From an uncultured archaeon (GTDB taxonomy: Archaea > Aenigmatarchaeota > Aenigmatarchaeia > PWEA01 > JAGHBM01), in assembly GCA_964584335.1 (NCBI GenBank), contig CAZOZN010000003.1, positions 54,929-118,928 on the forward strand: DNA of 64,000 nt. Direction: 5' to 3'. Both the position numbers and the translations under genes were made by a program. The notes below the pieces were generated by a model, which had not been told where the DNA came from, made no database searches, and saw only the letters and a program-made list of their open reading frames with translations. Of this stretch, positions 10,060 to 19,190 are shown in pieces. Position 1 is the first letter of the stretch. Each line of letters starts with the position of its first letter.

Positions 10060-10258
10060 GCCTTCGTAGCTCAGCGGCTAGAGCGGCTGCCTTGTATGAC
10101 CTTTTTAGAAAAAAACGTAAGCGGAAAAACGGTCACAGAAAGCAGCAGGTCGGGGGTTCAAAGGCAAATCCCTTTTCAAAAAAGGTTTTTGCATTTCCCA
10201 AAACTTAGAAACGCTCGCGTTTCTCATGGGAATAATGAAAATCCCTCCGAAGGCTCCA
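10060..10258 (+). tRNA. tRNA-Thr(UGU) with two introns: 37/38 (10097-10140, 44 nt) and 59/60 (10163-10241, 79 nt); CCA encoded
   Basis: Exons 10060-10096, 10141-10162 and 10242-10258 join to a 76-nt cloverleaf GCCTTCG TA GCTC AGCGGCTA GAGC G GCTGC CT TGT AA GCAGC AGGTC GGGGG TTCAAAT CCCTC CGAAGGC T CCA; TTCA/TGAA central helix with 3-nt bulges at the T-loop intron; TATA TTTAAATA at 10002-10009. Confidence 0.93.
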
Positions 10259-10330
10259 TAAAAATTTTGTTAAAAGTATTTTTGCTCACTTTTAAATAGT
10301 AGGCACATTCAAATGATATTTAGTGATATT

Positions 10331-10669
10331 ATGGCCAAGAAAAAAACAAACAAAAAATCTAGCAAGAAAAAAACTACAAACAAGTCTAAGTCTAAAGAGC
10401 CCACCTGGGATGAAATTGGAAAACTTGTCGGGAAAAAAATCGAGAAGGCATCTAAGGATGGTAATTTCAGTTGTGATTCACTGGATTTCAAAAACAAGGC
10501 CAAATGTCATGGAACCGGGGGATGTTTTTATTTCTTGGGTTTTGTTGGTGCTTTGATATACAATATACAGACTGCACCAGGTATCTGGGAAGCCTTTATA
10601 GGATTTCTTAAGGCAATAATATGGCCTGCTTTTCTTGTTTACGGTGTCCTAAATTTTATTGGTTTTTAG
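10331..10669 (+). CDS. Small membrane protein with Lys-rich N-terminus
   Basis: GGCFYFLGFVGALIYNIQ...FLKAIIWPAFLVY, two TM segments; ATG 10331 preferred. Confidence 0.7.
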   Translation: MAKKKTNKKSSKKKTTNKSKSKEPTWDEIGKLVGKKIEKASKDGNFSCDSLDFKNKAKCHGTGGCFYFLGFVGALIYNIQTAPGIWEAFIGFLKAIIWPAFLVYGVLNFIGF

Positions 10670-10703
10670 AACTATTTTTAAATCATGGAGTTGAAAAATA
10701 ATT

Positions 10704-10892
10704 ATGAGCAAAAAAGAGAAATCCAGGTTAAGTGACAGATGGATACCTGCCGGGGTTTTGGGTGGTGTAGGCCTAGGAATGTTGTTTTTTGGATATACAT
10801 CCAATCCTTTTTCCGTACCGGGCTTCACTCTTTTGGGTTTAGGTATCGGTTTTGCCTTATCAATTATTTTTAGGACAAAAGAAAGGGAATAA
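10704..10892 (+). CDS. Small two-TM membrane protein
   Basis: Gly-rich hydrophobic hairpin; GGAG upstream. Confidence 0.6.
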   Translation: MSKKEKSRLSDRWIPAGVLGGVGLGMLFFGYTSNPFSVPGFTLLGLGIGFALSIIFRTKERE

Positions 10893-10957
10893 TGTATTTT
10901 TATTATTTTAATCCTTTTTTAAATTAAAGAGTTTTATAATTATTGTGGGGTGTATTT

Positions 10958-12427
10958 ATGAAAATTGTTATTGTTGGTGCCGGTTTTGGTGGCCTTTCTT
11001 CTGCTGCTCTTCTTTCTCATAAAGGACATGATGTTTTTGTGGTTGAGAAAAACGAACAATACGGCGGAAGAGCCAGGATACACAGGGAGAAGGGGTTTCA
11101 ATTTGATATGGGGCCTTCTTGGTATCTAATGCCTGAAGTTTTTGAAAATTTTTTTAATAAGTTAGGTAAGAAACCAAAGGATTTTTATGACCTGAAAAGG
11201 CTTGACCCACACTACAGAATATTTTTTAGCGATGAAAAAGTTGTTGATGTTCGTGCCGATATGGATAAAAACAGAGAACTTTTTGATAGAATAGAAAAAA
11301 ACGGGGGGAAAAAGCTTGATGAATATCTTAAGCTTGCCGAGGACAAATACAATGCGTCTATGGAAGGACCTATATACAAAGATTATAACAGCATATTTGA
11401 TTTGTTAGACTGGAGGATAATGAAACAGGGAATGAAGCTTGGTGTTTTTGGAAGTCTTGATGATTTGGTTAAGAAGTACTTTGATAGTGACGAGGCAACA
11501 AAAATAATGGAGTATTCAATAGGGTTTTTGGGAGGTTCTCCTAAGATAACACCGGGCGTTTACCAATTAATGTCTTATGTTGATTTTAAGCTGGGTGTTT
11601 GGTTCCCTAAGGGAGGAATGACAAAGATAGCAGAGTCTCTTTATAAAATTTCATCTGAAAACAATACAAAATTTTTGATGAGCGAAGAAGTAAAGGAAAT
11701 AATAGTCGAAAACGGCATGGCGGCTGGAGTCAAAACAGATAAGAGGGAAATAAAAGCCGATGTCGTTGTAATTAATGCTGACTATCCTCATTCTGAATTG
11801 GATTTGCTTGAAAAAAAGAACAGAACATATGATAAAAAATACTGGGAGAGCAGAATGCTTGCACCATCTGCTTTTGTGGCGTATCTTGGAATAGACAAGA
11901 AGTCTGAAAAGATGATTCATCATACCCTTTTTTTAGACAGGGACTGGGCGGCCGGGTTTGATGAAATATTCGAGACAGAAAATCCAAAGTGGCCTGAATC
12001 CCCCTCTTACTATGTAAATATACCTTCAAAGACCGACCCGAATCTTGCACCCGATGGTTGCGATACTCTTTTTGTTTTGGCGCCTCTTGCTCCAGGTCTT
12101 GAAGATACACCGGAATTAAGGGAAAAATTTCTGGATAAGATATTAGACCACATGGAAAAAACTACAGGAGAGAAAATAAGAGACCATATAATCACCAAAA
12201 GAATCTTTGCTGTAAATGATTTTGCCAGAGATTATAATGCATACAAAGGAACAGCTCTTAGTATAGTACATACTCTTAAGCAAACTGCTGTTTGGAGACC
12301 TGTCCATAAAAGCAAAAAGGTAAAAAATCTTTTATATACCGGGCAGTACACACACCCGGGTATAGGTGTACCTATGACTTTGATATCTTCTGAGATAGTT
12401 TCCGGTATTATAGATAAAATCAAGTGA
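10958..12427 (+). CDS. crtI: Phytoene desaturase family protein
   Basis: GAGFGGL FAD motif, FDMGPSWYLMP, RLDPHYR, GQYTHPGIGVPMTLIS; adjacent crtB. Confidence 0.92.
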   Translation: MKIVIVGAGFGGLSSAALLSHKGHDVFVVEKNEQYGGRARIHREKGFQFDMGPSWYLMPEVFENFFNKLGKKPKDFYDLKRLDPHYRIFFSDEKVVDVRADMDKNRELFDRIEKNGGKKLDEYLKLAEDKYNASMEGPIYKDYNSIFDLLDWRIMKQGMKLGVFGSLDDLVKKYFDSDEATKIMEYSIGFLGGSPKITPGVYQLMSYVDFKLGVWFPKGGMTKIAESLYKISSENNTKFLMSEEVKEIIVENGMAAGVKTDKREIKADVVVINADYPHSELDLLEKKNRTYDKKYWESRMLAPSAFVAYLGIDKKSEKMIHHTLFLDRDWAAGFDEIFETENPKWPESPSYYVNIPSKTDPNLAPDGCDTLFVLAPLAPGLEDTPELREKFLDKILDHMEKTTGEKIRDHIITKRIFAVNDFARDYNAYKGTALSIVHTLKQTAVWRPVHKSKKVKNLLYTGQYTHPGIGVPMTLISSEIVSGIIDKIK

Positions 12428-13299
12428 GTGGTTTTTTGGCTGAAAATATAATGGATACTATATTCAAAGAAGGAAGTAAAACTTTTTACAACAGTAGCAG
12501 ATTTTTCCCGCACAAGATAAGAAAAGATGTTATGAACATATATGGTCTTGTTAGGGTCGCTGATGATTATGTAGATTCTGTTCCGCAAAAAAAGAAAGAG
12601 TTTTACGATTTCTGGGAAATGTATAAGACAGGATTAAAGAAAGGTTATAGTGAAAATGAAGTTATAAATTCTTTTTTAGGTGTAATGAAGAGGAAAAAAT
12701 TCAAGAAGGAATGGGTGGATTCTTTTTTTAAGTCAATGGAGATGGATATAAAGAAGAATAAATACAGAAACATGAAGGAACTGGACAAATATCTTTACGG
12801 TTCATGTGAAGTTGTTGGCCTTATGATGGCAAAAGTCATGAATTTGCCTAAGGAAGCTGAAATTTCATCCAGATATCTTGGAAGAGGAATGCAGTACATA
12901 AATTTCATACGTGATATAAAAGAAGATATTAAGATAGGCAGGAATTATTTTCCGCAAGATGATGTAAAGAGTTGCGGAATAAGAGAAATAAGCTATGAAG
13001 AACTGAAGAAAAAACCAGAAAATTTTAAGAAGTGTGTTAGAAAACAGATATGTCGATATTTCGAGTGGCGAGATTTAGGAAGGAGGGGTTTTTATTATAT
13101 ACCAAGAAGACTCCTTATACCAATAAAGACTGCTTCTGATATGTATACATGGACTGCTAAGAAAATATATGACGACCCATTTATAGTTTTTAGAGAAAAA
13201 GTAAGGCCTTCAAAAATATTCATAATTTATACTGGAATTAAAAATTTGATAAACCCTTACCCAAAAAATTCTATTAAAAAGGATAAAAAATGTACATGA
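12424..13299 (+). CDS. crtB: Phytoene/squalene synthase
   Basis: GSKTFYNSS, RVADDYVD, YLYGSCEVVGLMM, QYINFIRDIKED. Confidence 0.92.
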   Translation: MSGFLAENIMDTIFKEGSKTFYNSSRFFPHKIRKDVMNIYGLVRVADDYVDSVPQKKKEFYDFWEMYKTGLKKGYSENEVINSFLGVMKRKKFKKEWVDSFFKSMEMDIKKNKYRNMKELDKYLYGSCEVVGLMMAKVMNLPKEAEISSRYLGRGMQYINFIRDIKEDIKIGRNYFPQDDVKSCGIREISYEELKKKPENFKKCVRKQICRYFEWRDLGRRGFYYIPRRLLIPIKTASDMYTWTAKKIYDDPFIVFREKVRPSKIFIIYTGIKNLINPYPKNSIKKDKKCT

Positions 13300-14150
13300 T
13301 TGATTTAATAAAATATTCCATTAGGGTTTCCAGATTTCGTTTCTGGATATATACAGCAGGCACTTACGTTGTGGGCTATTCTCTCGGGGCTGTTAGTTTC
13401 AGTTATTTTTTTAGTTTGGATTATATTCTTTATCTGATTTATTTTTTCTTTCCTGCTAACCTGTTTATATACGGTGTTAACGATTATTGGGACGAGAAAA
13501 CAGATGAGAAAAACCCAAAAAAAGGTACGAAGGAAGAGAAATTAACTAAAGAAAATAAGAAAAAATTATTAAAACTTTTATATCTTGTATCATTTTTTAG
13601 TATTTTTTTACTTTTATTTCAGGACAATATCTCTAGGATAATTTTTTTGATTTTTATTTCACTTTCTTATTTCTATAGTGCGAAACCCCTCAGGTTCAAG
13701 TCTCTTCCTGTTTTGGATTTTTCTTCAAATATGCTTTACGTAATGCCTGGAATATTTGGATTTTATCTTGCTTCCGGTGAACTTCCCGGCCTGTTCCTTT
13801 TGGTAGCGGGTTATTCTCACATATCCGCAATGCACATATTTTCTGCGGTACCGGATATAAAGTATGATAAGAAGGCCAAAATAAAAACTACTGCTTCGAT
13901 TCTCGGAAAAAGAAATTCTCTTATTTTGTGTTTTTTATTCTGGGCAGTGCTTTCATTTATTGCTATATATTACAGCGGTTTTCATCCCTTTAGTTTTTTG
14001 GTTTTGATTTATCCAACAATCCCCTTGATTTTGATTTTAAATAATAATCTAAGTATAAACAAAATTTATTGGATTTTGCCTTACATAAATACTTTCATGG
14101 GAGGCCTGCTTACTTTTATGCTTTTATTGAGAATGTTTTTAATTATTTAG
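13290..14150 (+). CDS. UbiA-family prenyltransferase, lycopene elongase (LyeJ/CrtEb-like)
   Basis: SRFRFWIY, PANLFIYGVNDYWD, YSAKPLRFK, MHIFSAVPDIKYD; located after crtI-crtB. Confidence 0.82.
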   Translation: MYMIDLIKYSIRVSRFRFWIYTAGTYVVGYSLGAVSFSYFFSLDYILYLIYFFFPANLFIYGVNDYWDEKTDEKNPKKGTKEEKLTKENKKKLLKLLYLVSFFSIFLLLFQDNISRIIFLIFISLSYFYSAKPLRFKSLPVLDFSSNMLYVMPGIFGFYLASGELPGLFLLVAGYSHISAMHIFSAVPDIKYDKKAKIKTTASILGKRNSLILCFLFWAVLSFIAIYYSGFHPFSFLVLIYPTIPLILILNNNLSINKIYWILPYINTFMGGLLTFMLLLRMFLII

Positions 14151-16133
14151 AATTTCTTTGAATTTTTTTTCCTTTATTATTTTTATGCCGAGTTCTTTTG
14201 CCTCGTCTAGCTTGCTTCCGGGACTTTCTCCTACCACCACATAATCGACTTTTTTGCTTACGTTACTGATTGCCTCACCGCCTTCCCTTTCCACGGCATT
14301 TTTTGCCTCGCTTCTTGTGTATTCTTCAAGAGCACCCGTGAAAACAAATCTCTTGCCTTCTAGTTTCCCTCCTCTTCTTTGCGGAGCCATTTTAATGCCC
14401 AATTTTTTAAGTTCTTCTATTTCTTTTCTGTTTTTTTTCTCCTCAAAAAAATTTTCCATATTTTGTGCAATTTCGGGTCCAATTTCTTCTATTTCCAGTA
14501 ATTCTTCTTTCTTAGCGTTTTTTATTTTGTTTACTGTCTTGAATTTTTCTACTAATATCTTAGCAACATGCTTTCCCACTTCGGGTATTCCAAGTCCGTA
14601 AATAAACCTGGAAAGTTCTCTGTTTTTGCTATCGTTAATAGAATCGATAAGTTTCTGTGATGATTTTTCCCCCATTTTTTCCAAAGAAGTTAAGTCATCT
14701 TTTTCTATCTTGTAAATATCGCTTATTCTTTTTACAATTTTTTTATCTACCAAAACATTTGCAATTTTTTCCCCTAAACCGTCTATATCCATAGCATCTT
14801 TTGATGCAAAATGTTCTATGCTTCTTTTTAGCTGTGCCTCACAAGCAAGCCCGTTCGAACACCTGTAGTATGAACCTTCTTTAACAACCTTTGTCCCGCA
14901 AACAGGGCATTTTTTTGGCATAGTGAATTTTTTTTCTTTACCCGTACGTTTTTTCTTGTTCACATCACTTACCTCGGGTATAACATCTCCTGCCCGGACT
15001 ACTTTAACCCAATCCTTAATTTTTATGTCTTTTTCTCGAATATAATCCTCGTTATGTAATGTAGCTCTTGATACGGTTACTCCCTGCACATCCACGGGTT
15101 TAAGCAGGGCAACCGGAGTGAGTGTACCTCTTCTCCCTACCTGAACTACTATATCGAGTACTTGTGTCTCTTCTTTCCTGGGAGAAAACTTGTATGCTAT
15201 TGCCCATCTGGGAGAATTTGACTTTACGCCAAGCATGTCTTGGTATTTTAATTTGTTTACTTTGATAACTATCCCATCTATTTCATAACCAAGCTTTTCT
15301 CTTTTTCTTTCCATTTTTTTGTGATAATCTACAGCTTCTTTTATTTTTTTTACTTTCTTTGTTTCTTTGTTTGTTTTTAGACCCAATTCATTCAATAGCT
15401 CCAATGCTTCCCAGTGGTTTTGAACATTAATATCTTTTTCATCGTAATTCATTATTTCATAAAAAAATATACTCAAAGGCCTTTCCGCAGTTTCTTTTGG
15501 ATTCAACCTTCTGAGGGAACCTGCTGCAGCATTCCTGGGATTTGCCATCGGTTTTTTACCTTCTTCAATTATCTTTTTATTATATTTCTTGAAGTCTTCG
15601 ATGAACATTATCACTTCTCCCCTCACTGCCAGCCTTTTTGGTATTTTTTTATTTTCTGAGAGGAGTTTTAGCGGCACCGCCTTTATTGTCTTTATGTTTT
15701 CCGTGACATTTTCTCCTACCTGTCCGTTGCCTCTCGTAGAGCCTCTTTTGTAAACACCGTCTTCGTAAATTAACTCGACACTAAGTCCGTCGATTTTGGG
15801 TTCCAGAACATAATCTATTTCTTCTTTTTTCAGATTCTTTTTGTTTCTTTCATCAAATTTAGATATACCTTTCCGGTCCGCGGTATCCAAAGATAACATC
15901 GGTTTTACATGCTTTGCTTCTTCAAATTCTTCTGCCGGTTCAGCACCGACTCTTTGTGTGGGAGAATCAGAAGTCACCAATTCCGGATTTTCTTTTTCCA
16001 GCTCCTTGAGTTTTTTTACAAGCTTATCGTACTCTTCATCCGATATTTTAGGTTTGTTTTTTACATAGTACAGGTAATTATGACGCCTGATTTTTTTTCT
16101 AAGCTCTTTTATCTTATTTTCTGCATTTTTCAT
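14139..16133 (-). CDS. ligA: NAD+-dependent DNA ligase (bacterial type)
   Basis: ISDEEYD, SPTQRVG, EPKIDGLS adenylation motif, NPRNAAAGSLR, C4 Zn finger, HhH repeats, C-terminal BRCT. Confidence 0.97.
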   Translation of the reverse strand: MKNAENKIKELRKKIRRHNYLYYVKNKPKISDEEYDKLVKKLKELEKENPELVTSDSPTQRVGAEPAEEFEEAKHVKPMLSLDTADRKGISKFDERNKKNLKKEEIDYVLEPKIDGLSVELIYEDGVYKRGSTRGNGQVGENVTENIKTIKAVPLKLLSENKKIPKRLAVRGEVIMFIEDFKKYNKKIIEEGKKPMANPRNAAAGSLRRLNPKETAERPLSIFFYEIMNYDEKDINVQNHWEALELLNELGLKTNKETKKVKKIKEAVDYHKKMERKREKLGYEIDGIVIKVNKLKYQDMLGVKSNSPRWAIAYKFSPRKEETQVLDIVVQVGRRGTLTPVALLKPVDVQGVTVSRATLHNEDYIREKDIKIKDWVKVVRAGDVIPEVSDVNKKKRTGKEKKFTMPKKCPVCGTKVVKEGSYYRCSNGLACEAQLKRSIEHFASKDAMDIDGLGEKIANVLVDKKIVKRISDIYKIEKDDLTSLEKMGEKSSQKLIDSINDSKNRELSRFIYGLGIPEVGKHVAKILVEKFKTVNKIKNAKKEELLEIEEIGPEIAQNMENFFEEKKNRKEIEELKKLGIKMAPQRRGGKLEGKRFVFTGALEEYTRSEAKNAVEREGGEAISNVSKKVDYVVVGESPGSKLDEAKELGIKIIKEKKFKEILNN

Positions 16134-16141
16134 TTGAAAAC

Positions 16142-17842
16142 CTATAAGCCTAATATTTTTTTGAATTTTTCTAAACTGTATGTGTTTATTATGTCTTTTT
16201 TTTCTGCCCAGCCTCTTCTTGCGACTGCCACGCCAAGCCTATAATATCTTAGGTGGTCTTTTCTGTGCGCATCGGTTCCTATAGAAATCTTAACTCCTTT
16301 TTTTATTGCATCTCTTACATTTACATCGTTCAAGTCCAATCTTTCAGGGTAGGAGTTTATTTCTATTGCTACTTTGTTTTCCCTCGCCTTTTCAAATATT
16401 TTATCCATGTCCGCATTTATTCCTTCCTTCTTTTGTATTTTTCTTCCTGTTGGGTGTGATAGAATGTTTATGTAACCGCTCTCAATTGCCTTTATAATCC
16501 TGTTTGTCATTTCTTCTTTTTTCATTCTGAAAGATGAATGGATGCTACCCAGAACTATGTCCGCTTCTTTTATGAAGTCTTTTTTTATGTCCAGCTCGCC
16601 GTTTTTTTTGATGTTGGCCTCCATGCCGTGGAGAATTTTTATTTCCTTGTATTTTTTTCTTATTTTTTCAATTTCTTTTTTCTGCTTTAGCCATTCTTTT
16701 TTATCCATGCCTCCTGCTATTTTGAGATTTCCAACATGGTCGGTTATTGCAATAAACTTATGCCCGATTTTTTTGCATTCTGAAATCATTTCTTCTATCG
16801 TGTTTTTGCCGTCGCTCCATTTGGTATGCATCTGAAGGTCTGCATGAACATCTCTGTAGTCAACCAGATTCGGAAGTTCTTTATTTTTTGCTGCTTTAAT
16901 TTCTCCTCTGTTTTCCCTTAGTTCCGGAGGTATCCAATTTAAACCAAGTTTCTCGTATACGCCTTTTTCTGTTATTCCTGCAATTTGTTTTTCATCTCTA
17001 AAAAGGCCGTATTCGTTTAGTTTTAATTTTTTCTTTATCGCTATTTTTCTCAATACGATATTATGGTCTTTGCTCCCGGTAAAATACTGCAGTGCAGAAC
17101 CAAAACTTTCTTTGCTTACAACCCTAAGGTCTACCTGCATACCTCCGTAAAGCCTAACGGATGATTTCGTCTTGCCTTTGGATATTATTTTTTCTACTTT
17201 TTTCATTCCAGTGAAATTGTCCATTAATTTTTTTTCGTCAGAGGAAACCGCTAAAATATCCAAGTCTCCTATGGTTTCTTTCATTCTTCTTATAGAGCCT
17301 GCAAGTTCCGCTTCGTCGGAGTATTTTTTTATTTCTTTCAAAACATCTTCTGCCTCAGGCAAAACATATCCGAGCAGAAAACGCTTTCCTTTTTTTCTGG
17401 CGAAAGCTATGTTTTCAAGTATATTTTTTTCTGTTGTTTCACCGAATCCTTCCAAATTTCTTATCTTTCCTTTCTTTGTTGCTTTTTCCAAATCGTCAAG
17501 GTTTTTTATTCCGAGTTTCCTGTATAGAATCTTTATTTTTTTGGGGCCAATTGTTTCAACGGAGGAAAGGCCTTCTATATCAACAGGCATGTCCTTTTTT
17601 AATTTTTCGAATCTTTCCACCTTTCCTGTCTCAAGAAATTGTTTTATATCTTTTGCGGTGCTTTTACCAACGCCCGGTACGTCCTCCAGTTTTCCTTTCC
17701 TGTAAATTTCTTCTATATCTTTGCCCAGGCTTTCTATATTCTGTGCCGCTTTTCTGTAAGCCCGCGGCTTGAAGTCCACATCCTGCATTTCATAGATATC
17801 AGCAATCTGATTAAAAATCTTGGCAATCTCCTTGTTTTTCAT
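16142..17842 (-). CDS. polX: DNA polymerase X with PHP exonuclease domain
   Basis: AGSIRRMKETIGDLDIL, QVDLR, LQYFTGSKDHN, PPELRENRGE; PHP motifs ITDH, SHPTGR, GTDAH. Confidence 0.96.
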   Translation of the reverse strand: MKNKEIAKIFNQIADIYEMQDVDFKPRAYRKAAQNIESLGKDIEEIYRKGKLEDVPGVGKSTAKDIKQFLETGKVERFEKLKKDMPVDIEGLSSVETIGPKKIKILYRKLGIKNLDDLEKATKKGKIRNLEGFGETTEKNILENIAFARKKGKRFLLGYVLPEAEDVLKEIKKYSDEAELAGSIRRMKETIGDLDILAVSSDEKKLMDNFTGMKKVEKIISKGKTKSSVRLYGGMQVDLRVVSKESFGSALQYFTGSKDHNIVLRKIAIKKKLKLNEYGLFRDEKQIAGITEKGVYEKLGLNWIPPELRENRGEIKAAKNKELPNLVDYRDVHADLQMHTKWSDGKNTIEEMISECKKIGHKFIAITDHVGNLKIAGGMDKKEWLKQKKEIEKIRKKYKEIKILHGMEANIKKNGELDIKKDFIKEADIVLGSIHSSFRMKKEEMTNRIIKAIESGYINILSHPTGRKIQKKEGINADMDKIFEKARENKVAIEINSYPERLDLNDVNVRDAIKKGVKISIGTDAHRKDHLRYYRLGVAVARRGWAEKKDIINTYSLEKFKKILGL

Positions 17843-17889
17843 AAATAATCCTTTTATTTATTTGTTTGCAGAATTTTAATATTATAAAA

Positions 17890-18429
17890 TTATTTCCATT
17901 CTTCGGGTCTTTTTATTATTTCTCTTTTATTTAGGTTCCATGTCCCATCGCAAAGTATCCTTGCTTCAAGGTAAGGTTCCGAATTCTCTAACCCCTCGTA
18001 AAAAATAGAATCAAAATTTTTTATAGGGTTAAATCCTGCCAAGACCTCCCTCCCCCTTATTTTAAAGTTTTTTTCTTTTTGGGGTCCAACTATGTTTATT
18101 CTTTCTTCGTCCTTTGATACGTTTCCTTTCAGCGAGTCACATCTTTTTAGTATACTTCCGTATTTACTCATATAGTATTCAATTCTGTCATTTATTGTTT
18201 TGTTTGAATGGTCGTGCTCAAGATCCATCATAAAGTATTCCGCGGATCCGTTTTTGGTAGAAATCAACAGGTCTGGGTTGCTTCGGAATAGAGAAGTTTT
18301 GCTGAGAATAACTACATCAATTACGGTTTTCCCGTCTTCATAACCAGGCTTTAGTGGTTTTCTGTACATCCAATTTTTATTGTGAATTTCATATCCCTTT
18401 TCTTCGAAATATTTTGTCAATAAGTTCAT
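17890..18429 (-). CDS. Hypothetical protein
   Basis: 179-aa ORF with typical composition, co-oriented with neighbours; no recognised family. Confidence 0.55.
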   Translation of the reverse strand: MNLLTKYFEEKGYEIHNKNWMYRKPLKPGYEDGKTVIDVVILSKTSLFRSNPDLLISTKNGSAEYFMMDLEHDHSNKTINDRIEYYMSKYGSILKRCDSLKGNVSKDEERINIVGPQKEKNFKIRGREVLAGFNPIKNFDSIFYEGLENSEPYLEARILCDGTWNLNKREIIKRPEEWK

Positions 18430-18441
18430 TTTAACACTTTT

Positions 18442-18798
18442 TTAAAAGAATGTATTATATCCCCTGCAATTTTCTTTTGCCCAGTTATCTTTTTGTAATG
18501 GCTCATTAAAGTATAGGTGTTGGTTACTGTTCATTTTAAATGGTGGCAAAACTCTCCATTTCTTCACTGCACTTTCAACCACTTCTTTTGCCTTTGTCAT
18601 TTTACCTTTTTCTTCTAACTTAAACAGGTAGTTGTTTATATGTCTGTTCAGATTTCTTTCTGATAAATCTATTTCTTCATTCATCTGGTAAGCTTTTTCT
18701 TTAAATTCTTTTTTTGTTAGAGCAGGTTTTGAATCCGATAGTATTTCGTCAAACCTCCTGAATATGTATTCTTGCCCCGGATTCATTTTTAACACCAT
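18442..18798 (-). CDS. Hypothetical protein, possibly winged-helix
   Basis: LTKKEF...LSERNLNRHINNYLFKLEEKGKMTK...KWRVL resembles a wHTH. Confidence 0.5.
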   Translation of the reverse strand: MVLKMNPGQEYIFRRFDEILSDSKPALTKKEFKEKAYQMNEEIDLSERNLNRHINNYLFKLEEKGKMTKAKEVVESAVKKWRVLPPFKMNSNQHLYFNEPLQKDNWAKENCRGYNTFF

Positions 18799-18956
18799 TT
18801 ATCTTTTTTAATATAAAAAGGAAAGACAGGTACAAGTATTTTTTCCATCTTAGTCATTTCATCATAACATACTGTACACAACCAAGAACCTTCTTCCTTT
18901 TCTAGAAACGGGCTAAAAACATCACATCTTTCGCAAAAACCGCTTATTTCCCTCAT
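18789..18956 (-). CDS. 55-aa C4 zinc-ribbon microprotein (missing from ORF track)
   Basis: MREISGFCERCDVFSPFLEKEEGSWLCTVCYDEMTKMEKILVPVFPFYIKKDKWC; two CxxC pairs; GAGGTG RBS upstream. Confidence 0.65.
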   Translation of the reverse strand: MREISGFCERCDVFSPFLEKEEGSWLCTVCYDEMTKMEKILVPVFPFYIKKDKWC

Positions 18957-19120
18957 TAAAAACACCTCTTTATTTTTTTAAAATCCGGTATTATTTTTTG
19001 GCTTCTGATTGAAGAAGCCTCGAAAAGCTTTTCGTCATAGTTCCAAAAATTTTCTCTAAATTTTGATTCTATAAAGAATCACCTCCACAACACCCTAATT
19101 TTTAATTAGTTAGAATTAGG

Positions 19121-19170
19121 TATATAGTTATGCTACATAAACTATATAGTAATTAAAATTTTTATATAGT
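19121..19170. promoter_or_regulatory. Three TATATAGT repeats (one within the palindrome ACTATATAGT) upstream of the PhoU regulator
   Basis: TATATAGT at 19121, 19143 and 19163, about two helical turns apart. Confidence 0.45.
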
Positions 19171-19190
19171 TATTAGATTTAATTATATTT

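Noticed and set aside
10011-10299. ORFs 10011-10208 and 10033-10299
   Set aside because: They overlie the intron-containing tRNA-Thr and have no protein features
10242-19100. Genomic island integrated at the tRNA-Thr 3' end (crt, ligA, polX)
   Set aside because: No integrase, and I could not find a duplicated tRNA 3' end (att site) by eye
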